Origin: a virus
Lineage: Duplodnaviria > Caudoviricetes
Direction: 5' to 3' (one strand)
IMG/VR virus record: IMGVR_UViG_3300025707_000003
Location: 128,001 to 192,000 of that record
Length of the DNA: 64,000 nt
The position numbers and the translations under genes were made by a program. The notes beneath the pieces are model-generated. The model made no database searches. It was not told the DNA's origin and was given only the letters and a program-made list of their open reading frames with translations. Of the stretch, positions 8,899 through 18,848 are shown one piece after another; position 1 is the first letter of the stretch, and every line of letters starts with the position of its first letter.

Positions 8899-10245
8899 AC
8901 GACCACGCTTCTCCAACGCATCAGATACCGTAGCCTTATCAGAGTCCATAGGGTAAGCACTGTCGGGTGTAACAGGATAAACAGCATCTGCTCTAGCTGT
9001 GTAGGTATCTCTCTGTGGCCAGTAACCATAACGAGTCTCAGGCCATGACACAGGAACTCCCTCAATAGGGAATCTATATCGTATGTCACCACTATCCAAA
9101 TACGCTATGTTGAAATGCTGTTGAAGAACATTACCTCTGTTCGATGGCATATTAACAGCACCACATGAATACCGTTCATTATTAGGTTTAACTATAAAGT
9201 CTTTCTGACTCACAATAGGACTAGGGCCGATCCACACCTCGTAGGAATGTTCCTTACGCCTACCACGATCTTCTTGACTAATCCTACGCTCACTGTCATT
9301 AGGGCCGACTATGATGTCATAAGGTCCATCATAACCTCCCTTAATACCTGTGCCGAAACAAATCGTACAAAGACTGTCTGGTTGCTTCGCATATTTAAGG
9401 GTCTCTTTATTGAAGGAGGTACAATAACAAGGTATCCCTGCTATCCTACGAGTAAATAACTTAACCCGTTCCCCCCCTTGTTCAAGTATCCAGTTATTAC
9501 GCCTTATCCCTTCTCTCCACATATAATCTACACGCTCAAGCTCTCTATCTGAGAAGGGCTTGCAATGCTCTAAAGGGGTTTCATGTAATACGCTTGTTTT
9601 TGGGTCTTCTGCTACTGTCGCTATACGATAGAAATCACGCTTATCTGTACCAAGTCTTAAGCGACTCTCTGGGTCATAAGCAATATAACTTATAGTGACC
9701 ACCGTATTGTCATCTATCGAAGGAGGTAAGCTATCTTCGGTTAAAGTGATGGCATCGGGTTTGGGTCTACCTGTAAAGAATAAAGTAACCTCACCAAACT
9801 CACCAAGCACTCTCGATGTGGGTACGATAACACCGTTAATCATTACCACAACATCTCTTGGTGAATCAGCAGGGTCATTGATGCTATTTTGTCTCGCTAT
9901 CGGGTACTCCACTTGAAACCGATAAGGATCTTCACCTTGATCCCCTTTAGAAATCCACTTGTCTGCTGGGATGACTTCATCATTAACTGCCCATGTGTCT
10001 ATTCGATCTCTGTATATTGTTCCACCGATAGGTGTGATGTTCACCCTACGATAAGGGCCACGATCAGAGTTGCCCGATCTGTATATGTTCACACCACGAA
10101 CAATCCAACCCTCATTTCCATGTAGGATTGATGGGTTATCCCAATGGACATCTATCTCACCCTTAGCGAAAGGGGAGACAGCACTCGTATTTCTTGGTGG
10201 TACAGGCCAAGGACTTCTACTGTCGTACCAACCATGTTGTGCCAT
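8869..10245 (-). CDS. putative virion structural protein (neck/head-completion-like, N-terminal beta-sandwich)
   Basis: FN3-like N-terminus (VHWDNP...GVNIYRS). The C-terminal GERVKLFTRR..PCYC...CTICFGTGIKGGY pattern is recalled from large-phage neck proteins and not verified. Confidence 0.45.
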   Translation of the reverse strand: MAQHGWYDSRSPWPVPPRNTSAVSPFAKGEIDVHWDNPSILHGNEGWIVRGVNIYRSGNSDRGPYRRVNITPIGGTIYRDRIDTWAVNDEVIPADKWISKGDQGEDPYRFQVEYPIARQNSINDPADSPRDVVVMINGVIVPTSRVLGEFGEVTLFFTGRPKPDAITLTEDSLPPSIDDNTVVTISYIAYDPESRLRLGTDKRDFYRIATVAEDPKTSVLHETPLEHCKPFSDRELERVDYMWREGIRRNNWILEQGGERVKLFTRRIAGIPCYCTSFNKETLKYAKQPDSLCTICFGTGIKGGYDGPYDIIVGPNDSERRISQEDRGRRKEHSYEVWIGPSPIVSQKDFIVKPNNERYSCGAVNMPSNRGNVLQQHFNIAYLDSGDIRYRFPIEGVPVSWPETRYGYWPQRDTYTARADAVYPVTPDSAYPMDSDKATVSDALEKRGRTATWENQNY

Positions 10246-10315
10246 AATAATCTCCCATGTAAGCGATATTTACTTATAGGGAGATTATAAATGACTTATT
10301 ATTCTCTCACTTCAA

Positions 10316-10834
10316 TTAATCATCGCCCTCAAAAGTGATCTCTACCTTTTCTTCTCCACCCTCGTCCTCCGCATCTTGTTTGGGGTCTATCCATTGTTTG
10401 ACGACACCTTTGAGTTTCACTTGCTCTTCAGTCGTAGTTTTAATAACTTTCTCTCCATGAAAAAGAGAAAGTTTGTCAATGACTGCGGATTGAAGCTCAA
10501 ATATTTGTTCTCTTAAAAGTTGCATCTGTATTTGTGCATCTCTCAACCTAGCGATTAATGCTTCCCTATCCCCATTAGCAGACGCAAGTTTATCTTTGAG
10601 TTCTTCTACTTCGGAAGGGTCTCTACCACTAGCGATGGCTAACATAGATGAGATACTGCCTGTGAGCATACCTATGATCCCAATAAGTATATCTCTGTTT
10701 TTCTCTACTATTTCATGCTTCGCTAAGAACCATATCAAACCTATGATCAAGAGCATGAAGACTACAGAAGCCCACCAACCTCTTTTCGCCTTTTCAGATT
10801 GAGTGAACTGTTTATTTGTTTGTTTTTTAGACAT
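10316..10834 (-). CDS. two-TM membrane protein with cytoplasmic coiled coil
   Basis: Two hydrophobic segments (aa ~20-38 and ~49-68) followed by a heptad-rich region. Confidence 0.65.
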   Translation of the reverse strand: MSKKQTNKQFTQSEKAKRGWWASVVFMLLIIGLIWFLAKHEIVEKNRDILIGIIGMLTGSISSMLAIASGRDPSEVEELKDKLASANGDREALIARLRDAQIQMQLLREQIFELQSAVIDKLSLFHGEKVIKTTTEEQVKLKGVVKQWIDPKQDAEDEGGEEKVEITFEGDD

Positions 10835-10843
10835 CGTAAAACC

Positions 10844-11686
10844 CTAGAACAGATTCTTAAAGAACTCTGAAATGAAAGAAATGAATGCGTCATACTTGGG
10901 CATATGGTAAGGAAGTCCGATCAGAGATCTTGCAACAGGTCTTGTAGATAGTTGAAAAATAATATGAAGCCAGAACAAACACGCTATAAACCCAGCCCTC
11001 CAAAAGACATAGAGAACCCAGTCTTTCAAGACTCTATCTCTTGCTCTTTTCTTAATGTATTTAGGCCCACCTAGTCTTTTTACTTTCTCAGATCCTAGAG
11101 GAGGCTGTAGCGATTCAATGGTTTCACCAACCGCATATATTTCTTGTGGTTCTTTCACCCCTTTAAATTTATACATACCTACACAAGCAAATCGGGTGCT
11201 TTTTGGTGTGTGCATATTCGTTCTGTTTCGAGTGGCTAACATTGCCTCCTTTGTGAGGAGAACTTGACCTTTTTGACAAAGAGACATTGTTCTAGCGGCA
11301 ATGTTTTTTGAGAGTCCTTCAAGTTCGACTCTCTTAGCTCCAGCTCCAACATAGACATCATCTTGTTCTACTTCAATGATTTTACCCCAGTGTATACCGA
11401 TACGAGTATTGATCTTTATTTTTGGTGGGATTGTTTTTTGATAAGCGAGAGCAAAGTTAACTGCATCTACAGGTCGGTCAAAAGACAATAGAAAACCATC
11501 AGAACGATCTATCTCTCTGCCTTCATGCCGATAAACAAGATTTCTAGCCATACGATCATGGATTTGAAACCACTGAGCCGCCACCTTAGCTCCCACCCTT
11601 TGAACGAAAGCAGTAGACCCTATCAAATCTAAGAGAACGATAGCTAAGTATCGTTCTTTCATAGTAATATCATGATCAAAGGGCAT
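10844..11686 (-). CDS. class III nucleotidyl (adenylate/guanylate-type) cyclase with C-terminal TM segment
   Basis: AIVLLDLIGST (metal Asp1), DRSDGF (Asp2), RIGIHWG, KNIAAR (catalytic Asn/Arg) and GQVLLT. Confidence 0.85.
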   Translation of the reverse strand: MPFDHDITMKERYLAIVLLDLIGSTAFVQRVGAKVAAQWFQIHDRMARNLVYRHEGREIDRSDGFLLSFDRPVDAVNFALAYQKTIPPKIKINTRIGIHWGKIIEVEQDDVYVGAGAKRVELEGLSKNIAARTMSLCQKGQVLLTKEAMLATRNRTNMHTPKSTRFACVGMYKFKGVKEPQEIYAVGETIESLQPPLGSEKVKRLGGPKYIKKRARDRVLKDWVLYVFWRAGFIACLFWLHIIFQLSTRPVARSLIGLPYHMPKYDAFISFISEFFKNLF

Positions 11687-11690
11687 GGGT

Positions 11691-11897
11691 TTATCTCCAG
11701 AGACTTTTTATGTTCTCACAAGGTGTGTTTAATATCTTATCTGCTAATTCATCATTACAAGTAAAAGCAGGGATATATTCAACACACTGATAAATATGGT
11801 TTTCTGCCTTTTCACAAAGGGTTCTATCTTCATTTGGAATATCTTCACAAGAAACTAATAATCCAAATATACATAAGAGGTATCGTGTGTTTTTCAT
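11691..11897 (-). CDS. small Cys-rich lipoprotein
   Basis: Signal peptide with lipobox-like LLVS|C and four further Cys. Confidence 0.55.
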   Translation of the reverse strand: MKNTRYLLCIFGLLVSCEDIPNEDRTLCEKAENHIYQCVEYIPAFTCNDELADKILNTPCENIKSLWR

Positions 11898-11899
11898 AA

Positions 11900-12220
11900 T
11901 TAATATCCTATAAAGGCAAACTCTTGCTTTTTAATGACTTCAAGAGGCGAGGAGTCAGTGCGTTTGATAACCCATTGGACAAAGTAAGATCCTGGAATAA
12001 ATCCCGCAGATAACATTTCCCCTACATAGTATTTGCCTGTCTCTTCTTTTACAGGGTATCTTTTTTCAACACCCACTCGCCACTCACCTCTAACTTCATC
12101 TGTACCATAGAACGAATAATAGATTAAGTAAGGATCAAAGCCATTGCCTTGATTGCCGAAGATTTCTACTCTTAAATCATTTGGACCCATTTGGGTTCTT
12201 TGTACAAAGATCACTGACAT
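11900..12220 (-). CDS. small beta-rich (Ig-like) protein, probably structural
   Basis: Alternating beta-strand pattern (GKYYV..., GSYFVQWVI). Confidence 0.5.
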   Translation of the reverse strand: MSVIFVQRTQMGPNDLRVEIFGNQGNGFDPYLIYYSFYGTDEVRGEWRVGVEKRYPVKEETGKYYVGEMLSAGFIPGSYFVQWVIKRTDSSPLEVIKKQEFAFIGY

Positions 12221-12222
12221 AA

Positions 12223-12573
12223 CTATACTACCTCAATAAAAGTGTCTCTTGAGGAAACAGATATGGTTTGCTCTCCGTAAACAAGAGCGTTGTCAGCGAC
12301 CATCTCTGCTTTAAACTCGACAAAGATAGTTTGTCCTAAAACACTATCAGGTATGGTGAAGCGATAAACGAAACGGTGAGCTTGATCTGTGGCTACCATA
12401 GCGTTTGGCCCATCTAAGATTGTTCGCACATCCTCCACATAGTGAAAAAGGGTTGTCTCTACATTCTGTATGTTGAGTGGTTTGAGATCAAATCCAACCC
12501 AAGAAATCTGACAGGGGATTGTATCCCCAATATGTGCGTTAGTGTTATAAATCATGTGATGATCTCCTCTCAC
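12223..12573 (-). CDS. small beta-rich (Ig-like) protein, probably structural
   Basis: Beta-strand pattern (FVYRFTIP, IFVEFKA); first gene of the minus-strand operon. Confidence 0.5.
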   Translation of the reverse strand: MRGDHHMIYNTNAHIGDTIPCQISWVGFDLKPLNIQNVETTLFHYVEDVRTILDGPNAMVATDQAHRFVYRFTIPDSVLGQTIFVEFKAEMVADNALVYGEQTISVSSRDTFIEVV

Positions 12574-12666
12574 ATATAAAATAAATTATAAATAGACTAT
12601 AAATGAGGAGATCATCATATAAGGGATTAAGTCGTCCTACTAACCTCATTCTTAAGGAGTGCGTTT

Positions 12667-13893
12667 ATGGCTAAAGCCAAATCTAAAGCATCTAAATCTT
12701 CAAAAGTGAAGTCTGCCCTAAAAGGGGTTGATCTCGCAAGTGTCCTCAACGATGCTGAAAAGGGCATGAAAGACTCGGCTCTTGTAGAGCTTGATCTTGA
12801 TTCTCTCTCTAATTCTATGCCCCACATCAGTACAGGATCTGTCGCCCTTGACTACCTCATTGGGGGCAAAGAAAATGCTCAAGGTGTTCGTCCTTGTCCT
12901 GGTATTCCAAGAGGTCGTATAACAAATGTTTATGGTTTGGCTGGTGCAGGTAAAACCACGATTGCTTTACAGACAGCGGCCTCCGTATGTAATGACGAAG
13001 GAGGGACTTGTGTCTATATTGACTGGGAGAATGAGGTTGAACCTAGATACGCTCAAATGCTCGGTGTTCCTGTTACAGATAAGTCTAAGTTCATGCTTCT
13101 CCAACCAGAAACTTTGGAGCAAGGGTTCAAACTCATGGTTAAGTTCGCATCGGCAGGTGTAGATCTTATCGTGGTTGACTCTGTAGGTGCAGGCGTTCCC
13201 GAAAAGATGTTTGCTAAAGAAGCAGGAGAACAAGCCGCAGTTGGTCTTTTGGCTCGTCAATGGTCGCAATTCCTACCCCTGTTCAAGCGTGTTATCGCAG
13301 ATGCTAATACAGGCGTTATCGGTATCTCTCAGTTGCGAGAAGCGATTGGTGGTATGGGTGGATTTGGATCTGGACCTCAGAGAAAACCACAAGGTGGTCA
13401 AGCGTGGAAGTATTATTCATCTCTACAGATTATGCTTCGTGTGGTCGGCAAAGATCGTGGTAAAGAATGGGATGGTCTACAGAACAAGATGATCGAAACT
13501 GTTAAAGGAAATATCGTTCGTGCTACACTCGATAAATGTAAAGTTTCTGACGCTTACAAACACGAGTGTCAGTTTTACCTTATGAATGGGATCGGTGTAG
13601 ACAATGAGCGTACAGTGTTAGACCTTGCGATTTCTGTTGGAGTCGTTAAGAAGGGTGGTGCTTGGTATACATGGGCTGATCCAACCACAGGTAGTGAACA
13701 TAAGGGTCAAGGTCTTGATGGCTTCCGAAAGTTGCTTCCCGATAGTTGGCTAGATTCCATGTTCAATCAAGTTCGTGGTTACCTCACCTCTAAGAAAAAC
13801 GAAGAAGAACCCGAAATGAAGGAAGAGGTATCTAGCAATCTCGGTGAGGATGGTCAAAAAGCTATGGACGAACTTGACGATCTCTTTAAGTAG
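12667..13893 (+). CDS. recA: RecA/UvsX recombinase
   Basis: ISTGSVALD, Walker A GLAGAGKTT, Walker B VVDSV, ISQLR, GGQAWKYYSS, KKGGAWY. Confidence 0.95.
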   Translation: MAKAKSKASKSSKVKSALKGVDLASVLNDAEKGMKDSALVELDLDSLSNSMPHISTGSVALDYLIGGKENAQGVRPCPGIPRGRITNVYGLAGAGKTTIALQTAASVCNDEGGTCVYIDWENEVEPRYAQMLGVPVTDKSKFMLLQPETLEQGFKLMVKFASAGVDLIVVDSVGAGVPEKMFAKEAGEQAAVGLLARQWSQFLPLFKRVIADANTGVIGISQLREAIGGMGGFGSGPQRKPQGGQAWKYYSSLQIMLRVVGKDRGKEWDGLQNKMIETVKGNIVRATLDKCKVSDAYKHECQFYLMNGIGVDNERTVLDLAISVGVVKKGGAWYTWADPTTGSEHKGQGLDGFRKLLPDSWLDSMFNQVRGYLTSKKNEEEPEMKEEVSSNLGEDGQKAMDELDDLFK

Positions 13894-13895
13894 CC

Positions 13896-14783
13896 TTAAC
13901 CGTTCGCTTCGAGTACAGTTAAAAGTCCAGAAGTAGTTTTGACTTTATTGATCTTCATTAGGTATTTCACCTCTAGTACTAAAATTACAGCGAAAACGGA
14001 TGAAATCCCTACTGAAGCGATAAGTTTAACTAAAGCTCCATTGGCAGGGGGAGGTAGGATTAGCTCTAAGATAATCTCGATACCTTCTCCTGGCAACATA
14101 GCCACTAAGTTGCTAAATGAAATTGTACCTAAAAGCCCTGCTACGACAGCTTTAAAATCAAAGTCTGCAAACCAATCCCAGATTTGGAAAAAGAGATAAA
14201 TCTTGATGGGTGCAGAAAGAGCTTTAAGGGTTCTTGAAGTTCCAAGAACACCATCAAGGAACTCACCTAGTTTGGTTGTACCTTGTTCTATTTTTGCTAG
14301 TGCAGACTTTACAGAGTCTGGAACATAACTCTTATACTTGTTTATTAAATCTTCCCATCGGTTCTGTTCTTCTAACACCTCTCCAAGAAGACGAAGCAAA
14401 GGTAGCTCTTTTAATATCTTTGTGGATAAACTACTGAGCTTTTTCTTACCCTCTTCAAGAAGGTCACCTAGCTTTTTGTCGATTTGTTTAATCATGGAAA
14501 ACACATTTGTGGCTGTGACCCCTAACATAGATTTAAACTTTTGCCATGCTTGAGGTGCTTTCTTAAACAAAGTAATCAGTTTCTTCACCTTCTTCACTAT
14601 CTTCATAAATGCTTTTCTTTGAGTGAAGTCTTGGCGACTGTTCGCAGTTAAGTGTTTAGCAATAACTTGTATTGCTTCAATGGAAAGATCCGAAGAGGTT
14701 GCCCTCTTCAAGTTCGGACTTTGATCGTAGGCGACTTGACAAGCAATTCTAACCATATGTTGTTGTACTATTCTATCTAACAT
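13896..14783 (-). CDS. amphipathic/membrane protein with weak leader-like N-terminus
   Basis: MLDRIVQQHMVRIACQVA...KRATS start, hydrophobic C-terminal third, 13-mer motif at 14824. Antisense insertion in the recombination cluster. Confidence 0.6.
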   Translation of the reverse strand: MLDRIVQQHMVRIACQVAYDQSPNLKRATSSDLSIEAIQVIAKHLTANSRQDFTQRKAFMKIVKKVKKLITLFKKAPQAWQKFKSMLGVTATNVFSMIKQIDKKLGDLLEEGKKKLSSLSTKILKELPLLRLLGEVLEEQNRWEDLINKYKSYVPDSVKSALAKIEQGTTKLGEFLDGVLGTSRTLKALSAPIKIYLFFQIWDWFADFDFKAVVAGLLGTISFSNLVAMLPGEGIEIILELILPPPANGALVKLIASVGISSVFAVILVLEVKYLMKINKVKTTSGLLTVLEANG

Positions 14784-14886
14784 TTTTTATCCTTAATGCT
14801 CAGTGTCTATTTATTGGGGGGTTATAAAAAGTCTACAAACATATAAGTAGAGGGGTCGTCAACTTTAAGCATTAAGGAGGTACAAT

Positions 14887-15861
14887 ATGGGTGAACCGAA
14901 CACCGAAGTATTGGACGATCCCATGAGAAACATATACTGGTCGCACTTAAAAATGATGAGAGCTTGCCCTCAACAATACCTATGGCATAAAGGGCATCCA
15001 GATCACGATCTTGGAGCAGGGAAAGGTAAAAGAAAACCCTTACCCGATGAGTCAAAGGACTCTGAACACCATCAACTTATGGGTACTGTGTTATCCACTG
15101 TGGTTGAAGAAGTCTACGATCATGAACTGTATCGAGATCCTAAAACGATACAGACAAAGATTAAGGACATTGTAGACCAAGCGTTTACCAAAGCAGAGCA
15201 ACGCCATTATGTAATCTGGTCATATATGACTAGAGAAGAAGCGATGGACATCTGCCAAAGAGGTGCTCAGAACTTTCTTGAGATTTTGAAAGAGCATAGA
15301 TTTCTCGGTCCTTACGCTAAGTCCGAGTTGCGTATGACCCCTGCGATGAACAAATACTTTAATGTCTGTGGTATTGCCGACCTCGTATATAGAGATAAAG
15401 AAGGCAAAGTTCATCTTCTTGACGGGAAGAACGCTTCCACTCCGATGAAATATGAGGATGAAGATCAGTTAAGATGGTATGCTCTCTGTTTTAGATTACA
15501 GTATGGGAAAGTACCCGACAGGTTAGGGTTCTTTTATTTTAGGTATCCTAGATCAAACCCCCCTGAAAAACACTTTGCAGATAAAGACGCAGAATGGACT
15601 GGGTTCGTGGAAGTGAAGATCACCGAAGATGATATAAGAAGATTAGGGAAAGAAGCGATAGAGACTAATCGTGCTATCCATAGAGGTGTCTTTGAGCCTA
15701 ACCCTATTCCGAAGCATTGTACTTGGTGTAAGTTCGAGAACATTTGTGAACCTAGACAAGCACAGAAGAAGCGTAATGCGGCGAAGCGTGGTATGGGTAA
15801 AACAAAAACACCCGACCCAACGGAACAAGGTGGTGGGGTTATCAACCTTGATATGAAATGA
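14887..15861 (+). CDS. Cas4/RecB-like PD-(D/E)xK exonuclease with Fe-S Cys motif
   Basis: N-terminal ACP, GIAD...LDGKN catalytic motif, QLRWY, and C-terminal HCTWCKFENIC. Confidence 0.8.
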   Translation: MGEPNTEVLDDPMRNIYWSHLKMMRACPQQYLWHKGHPDHDLGAGKGKRKPLPDESKDSEHHQLMGTVLSTVVEEVYDHELYRDPKTIQTKIKDIVDQAFTKAEQRHYVIWSYMTREEAMDICQRGAQNFLEILKEHRFLGPYAKSELRMTPAMNKYFNVCGIADLVYRDKEGKVHLLDGKNASTPMKYEDEDQLRWYALCFRLQYGKVPDRLGFFYFRYPRSNPPEKHFADKDAEWTGFVEVKITEDDIRRLGKEAIETNRAIHRGVFEPNPIPKHCTWCKFENICEPRQAQKKRNAAKRGMGKTKTPDPTEQGGGVINLDMK

Positions 15862-15909
15862 ATCATATAAAAGAGGTATCACAAACACACCACTCAAAGG
15901 AGAGTTCAA

Positions 15910-16173
15910 ATGGATCTTGAACAACTGGTTAATAAAAAAATCGACATTGAAAGACGAAGGGAGCGTTTGCTAGGTAAACTAGAAGTCGCTAAGTCAAGTC
16001 TTTTAGAGCTTGATAAGAGGTTAGTCGAAAGGGGTATTAACCCCGACACTCTTGAAGAAGAAATAAATCGCCTTAAAGCTGAAAGGCAAGAGGCAATCAC
16101 TAAACTTAATGAAGCTCTGTTGGATGCAGAGCAAGTCATCACACGCATTGAAAGTCGAGTAGACGGTATATGA
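15910..16173 (+). CDS. small coiled-coil protein
   Basis: Heptad-rich 87 aa with GGAG RBS. Confidence 0.6.
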   Translation: MDLEQLVNKKIDIERRRERLLGKLEVAKSSLLELDKRLVERGINPDTLEEEINRLKAERQEAITKLNEALLDAEQVITRIESRVDGI

Positions 16174-17375
16174 AAATCACAGTATCAGCACAAGATTTAA
16201 AGGAAACTCTCTCAATCGCCCAAAACACATTGGGTGCAAACCAAGACATCACCTCACACTTTATCTTCACCATTGAGAATGCTGGAGTGAGCGTTATGGC
16301 TTGTTCTCCCCCTCGTCAGTTTTCAAAGATCCCTGTCATCGGTGCTACTGTTCAAGACGGAGGTTCTTTTTCTATTGAGGGGAAGCGTTTAATCTCAGCA
16401 ACTAATGTTATGACAGGTGTTGTAGAGATTGAGTATAATGAGGAGGATAAAGAAGTTTCGTTAAAAGGTAGTGAGGGAGAAGCAACTACAATCTCGCTCG
16501 ACCCAGAGTCCTTTCCCCCTTGGGTTGAAAAGTTCGGTCAAGCAACTAAAGTAGGAGAGATTTCTGCTTCCATTCTATATGATACGCTCAATACCAATAG
16601 ACAGTATGTATCACAAGATGATAGTCGTAGACCAGAGCTTGCTATGATCTTGATTGAAGACGGAAAAGCCATTGCCTGTGATGGATTCATGCTTAATATG
16701 TCTCGACATGATGATCTTCAAGGAATGAATGTGAAGGTTCACTATAAGGACATTACACCATTGATGAAGTTCCTCAAGGCGTATGATGGAGGTATGATTG
16801 AGGTTCTTAGTGGAGGACAAGCTACCTTCTTTAAGGCTGAGGACAGTGCTTTATTTGCTGTGATGGACTTGCCATATACTTACCCTCCCATCACACAGCA
16901 ATATGCTGATGCCTTTAACTGGACTCCTCGTAGGGTTTGGATGTTGTCTAAGGAAAACTTTATGAATGGTCTTACCTTCTTATCAGCCTTTGCTGATAAG
17001 ACTAACTTTAAGGTTTCTTTTAAAGACCCAGAAGATGAGGCTTTATTACCTCCAAGTCTTGAGATGAAGTCGTCTAATAGTAAGACTATTTCGTACAATC
17101 TTGAAGTGCCTCTTTTTGAGGACGCTGAGAAGCCACTAGAAGAGATCACAGACCTCTCTCACTTGATGTATGCTACTCGCCTTAAAGAAAAAGGTAAAGG
17201 TGATGACATCGCCACTTTCGATTTTAACTATCTTTCGGTCAAAAAAGCAGTGGAAATATATAATGATAACATCGTCTTTGGATGTTCTCAAGAGGGCAAT
17301 AAAGGTTATATGCTCTTTAAGTCAGACCAAGACTCTGGTGTACAGACTGTTTCTATTATAGGTTGGATGCTTTAA
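16170..17375 (+). CDS. dnaN: DNA polymerase sliding clamp (beta-clamp-like)
   Basis: 401 aa; MKITVS..DLKETL start and YVSQDDSRRPELAMILIEDGKAIACDG resemble the DnaN domain II motif. Confidence 0.65.
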   Translation: MKITVSAQDLKETLSIAQNTLGANQDITSHFIFTIENAGVSVMACSPPRQFSKIPVIGATVQDGGSFSIEGKRLISATNVMTGVVEIEYNEEDKEVSLKGSEGEATTISLDPESFPPWVEKFGQATKVGEISASILYDTLNTNRQYVSQDDSRRPELAMILIEDGKAIACDGFMLNMSRHDDLQGMNVKVHYKDITPLMKFLKAYDGGMIEVLSGGQATFFKAEDSALFAVMDLPYTYPPITQQYADAFNWTPRRVWMLSKENFMNGLTFLSAFADKTNFKVSFKDPEDEALLPPSLEMKSSNSKTISYNLEVPLFEDAEKPLEEITDLSHLMYATRLKEKGKGDDIATFDFNYLSVKKAVEIYNDNIVFGCSQEGNKGYMLFKSDQDSGVQTVSIIGWML

Positions 17376-17376
17376 T

Positions 17377-17997
17377 GTGATGAATGATCTTGCTTCTCGA
17401 TTTTACCGATTAAAGGCTCTCAAAGAATCGTGTGAGAAACGCATAGACGATCTTGAAAATGAGATCGCTTTCCTTGAGCTTGATAAGGATAAAAAGACAG
17501 AAGCAGGAGTCATTCTCGACACTCTCGCTCAAGATGAAGTAGAGCGTGGTGTCTCGACCTATATATCCCTCTTGGAAGAGGGGTTAAAGGCGATATTCCC
17601 CGAACAAGAGGTAGGGCTAACAGCCGAGATCTCAAAGGTGCGAGGGAAGGTAGCTGTTAACCTCAAGACTACCTTTAAGGGTCAAGATGGGCTTGAGATA
17701 GTAGGGGCTGGTTTAGATGCGTTTGGCGGAGCAGTGACCACTATCCAAAGCCTGTTGTTAAGAATCTCTCTTATCCTTAAAAGAAATCTTAGACCAATAC
17801 TTATTCTTGATGAGACATTTCCTGCTGTGGATGAAAATCGAGTAGAGATCTTAGTCGAGTTTCTAAAAATCCTGTGTCAACGATTGGATATGGATATATT
17901 GTGTATCACACATGACGCAACCATAGCTGATAACTGTGATATAGGATATAAAATATCCCCTAGTAAAAATGGTGCTACCTTAAAGAGAATCAAGTAA
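17377..17997 (+). CDS. C-terminal half of an SbcC/Rad50/gp46-type ABC ATPase
   Basis: Coiled coil, then signature-like AFGG, Walker B LILDE, D-loop FPAVD and H-loop ITH. No Walker A. Confidence 0.75.
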   Translation: MMNDLASRFYRLKALKESCEKRIDDLENEIAFLELDKDKKTEAGVILDTLAQDEVERGVSTYISLLEEGLKAIFPEQEVGLTAEISKVRGKVAVNLKTTFKGQDGLEIVGAGLDAFGGAVTTIQSLLLRISLILKRNLRPILILDETFPAVDENRVEILVEFLKILCQRLDMDILCITHDATIADNCDIGYKISPSKNGATLKRIK

Positions 17998-18398
17998 TGA
18001 AAAAACAAGGATCTATAAGACATAAACTCAAGCAAGTTAAACATCGACTGCTTAAGAAAGCCATACGCAACGGTATGTCGAAGAAGCCTTGTAACTGCAC
18101 TCACTCTGGTCAAGTCAAAGGCAACGCTAACGATCCCCTTTTTTATGTCTGCCTACTAGATGCAGATAAACCTAAAGAGTGGGACGGGGTGATATGTGAT
18201 CCCTCTGTTCCAAACACCTGTCCTTTTTTTAAATCAGAAAAAACAGAACAAGAAATCAAAGAAGATTTCGAGTTAGGGTTTGATAATCTCATCAATGAAG
18301 GAGACATGGGTAATATAGCTAGTAAGTATCCCGATGTAGCCGCACTGTTATGGGTACTTGCAGAGAGCACCGATGAAACTGAGGATGGAAATGATTGA
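17997..18398 (+). CDS. Cys-rich hypothetical protein
   Basis: CNC...C...C...C pattern; coupled to the previous gene. Confidence 0.6.
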   Translation: MKKQGSIRHKLKQVKHRLLKKAIRNGMSKKPCNCTHSGQVKGNANDPLFYVCLLDADKPKEWDGVICDPSVPNTCPFFKSEKTEQEIKEDFELGFDNLINEGDMGNIASKYPDVAALLWVLAESTDETEDGND

Positions 18399-18825
18399 AA
18401 TAGTAGAACTAAAAGTGAAGGACAAAACACCCTTATTCTTAGAAGTAGATGTACCTCCTAAGTGTATGCCCTTACTCGTAGGTGACCCTAAAGGTGAAAC
18501 CTTACTTAAATGGGTAGAGAAACCATCTAATAGAGAGTCTGTACTTACATGGGGCATAGAAGCCTCTGTAAAGGAAGTTATAGAAGCTATGCTAGGGATT
18601 GCACTAGATCGTAGTGAAAAAGAGCTGTGGGGCATAAAACAAGGCTCATTCACCGATGCTGAACAAAGGTTGAATGAGCTAGGTATAGATGAGGTGATTA
18701 CCACTGATAATGTGGTTCACCCTAAAGACCCCTCTATGTTGGGAACTGTCATTGTAGCAGGAGGGAAATGCTTCCCCGTCATCCACAATGTGAGTCGAGG
18801 AATCTGTGTCTTAGACAAGGATTAG
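18391..18825 (+). CDS. hypothetical protein
   Basis: Likely start MIEIVELK at 18391, overlapping the upstream stop. Confidence 0.55.
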   Translation: MIEIVELKVKDKTPLFLEVDVPPKCMPLLVGDPKGETLLKWVEKPSNRESVLTWGIEASVKEVIEAMLGIALDRSEKELWGIKQGSFTDAEQRLNELGIDEVITTDNVVHPKDPSMLGTVIVAGGKCFPVIHNVSRGICVLDKD

Positions 18826-18848
18826 GTTTTAGTACAGACGAATTGTAG

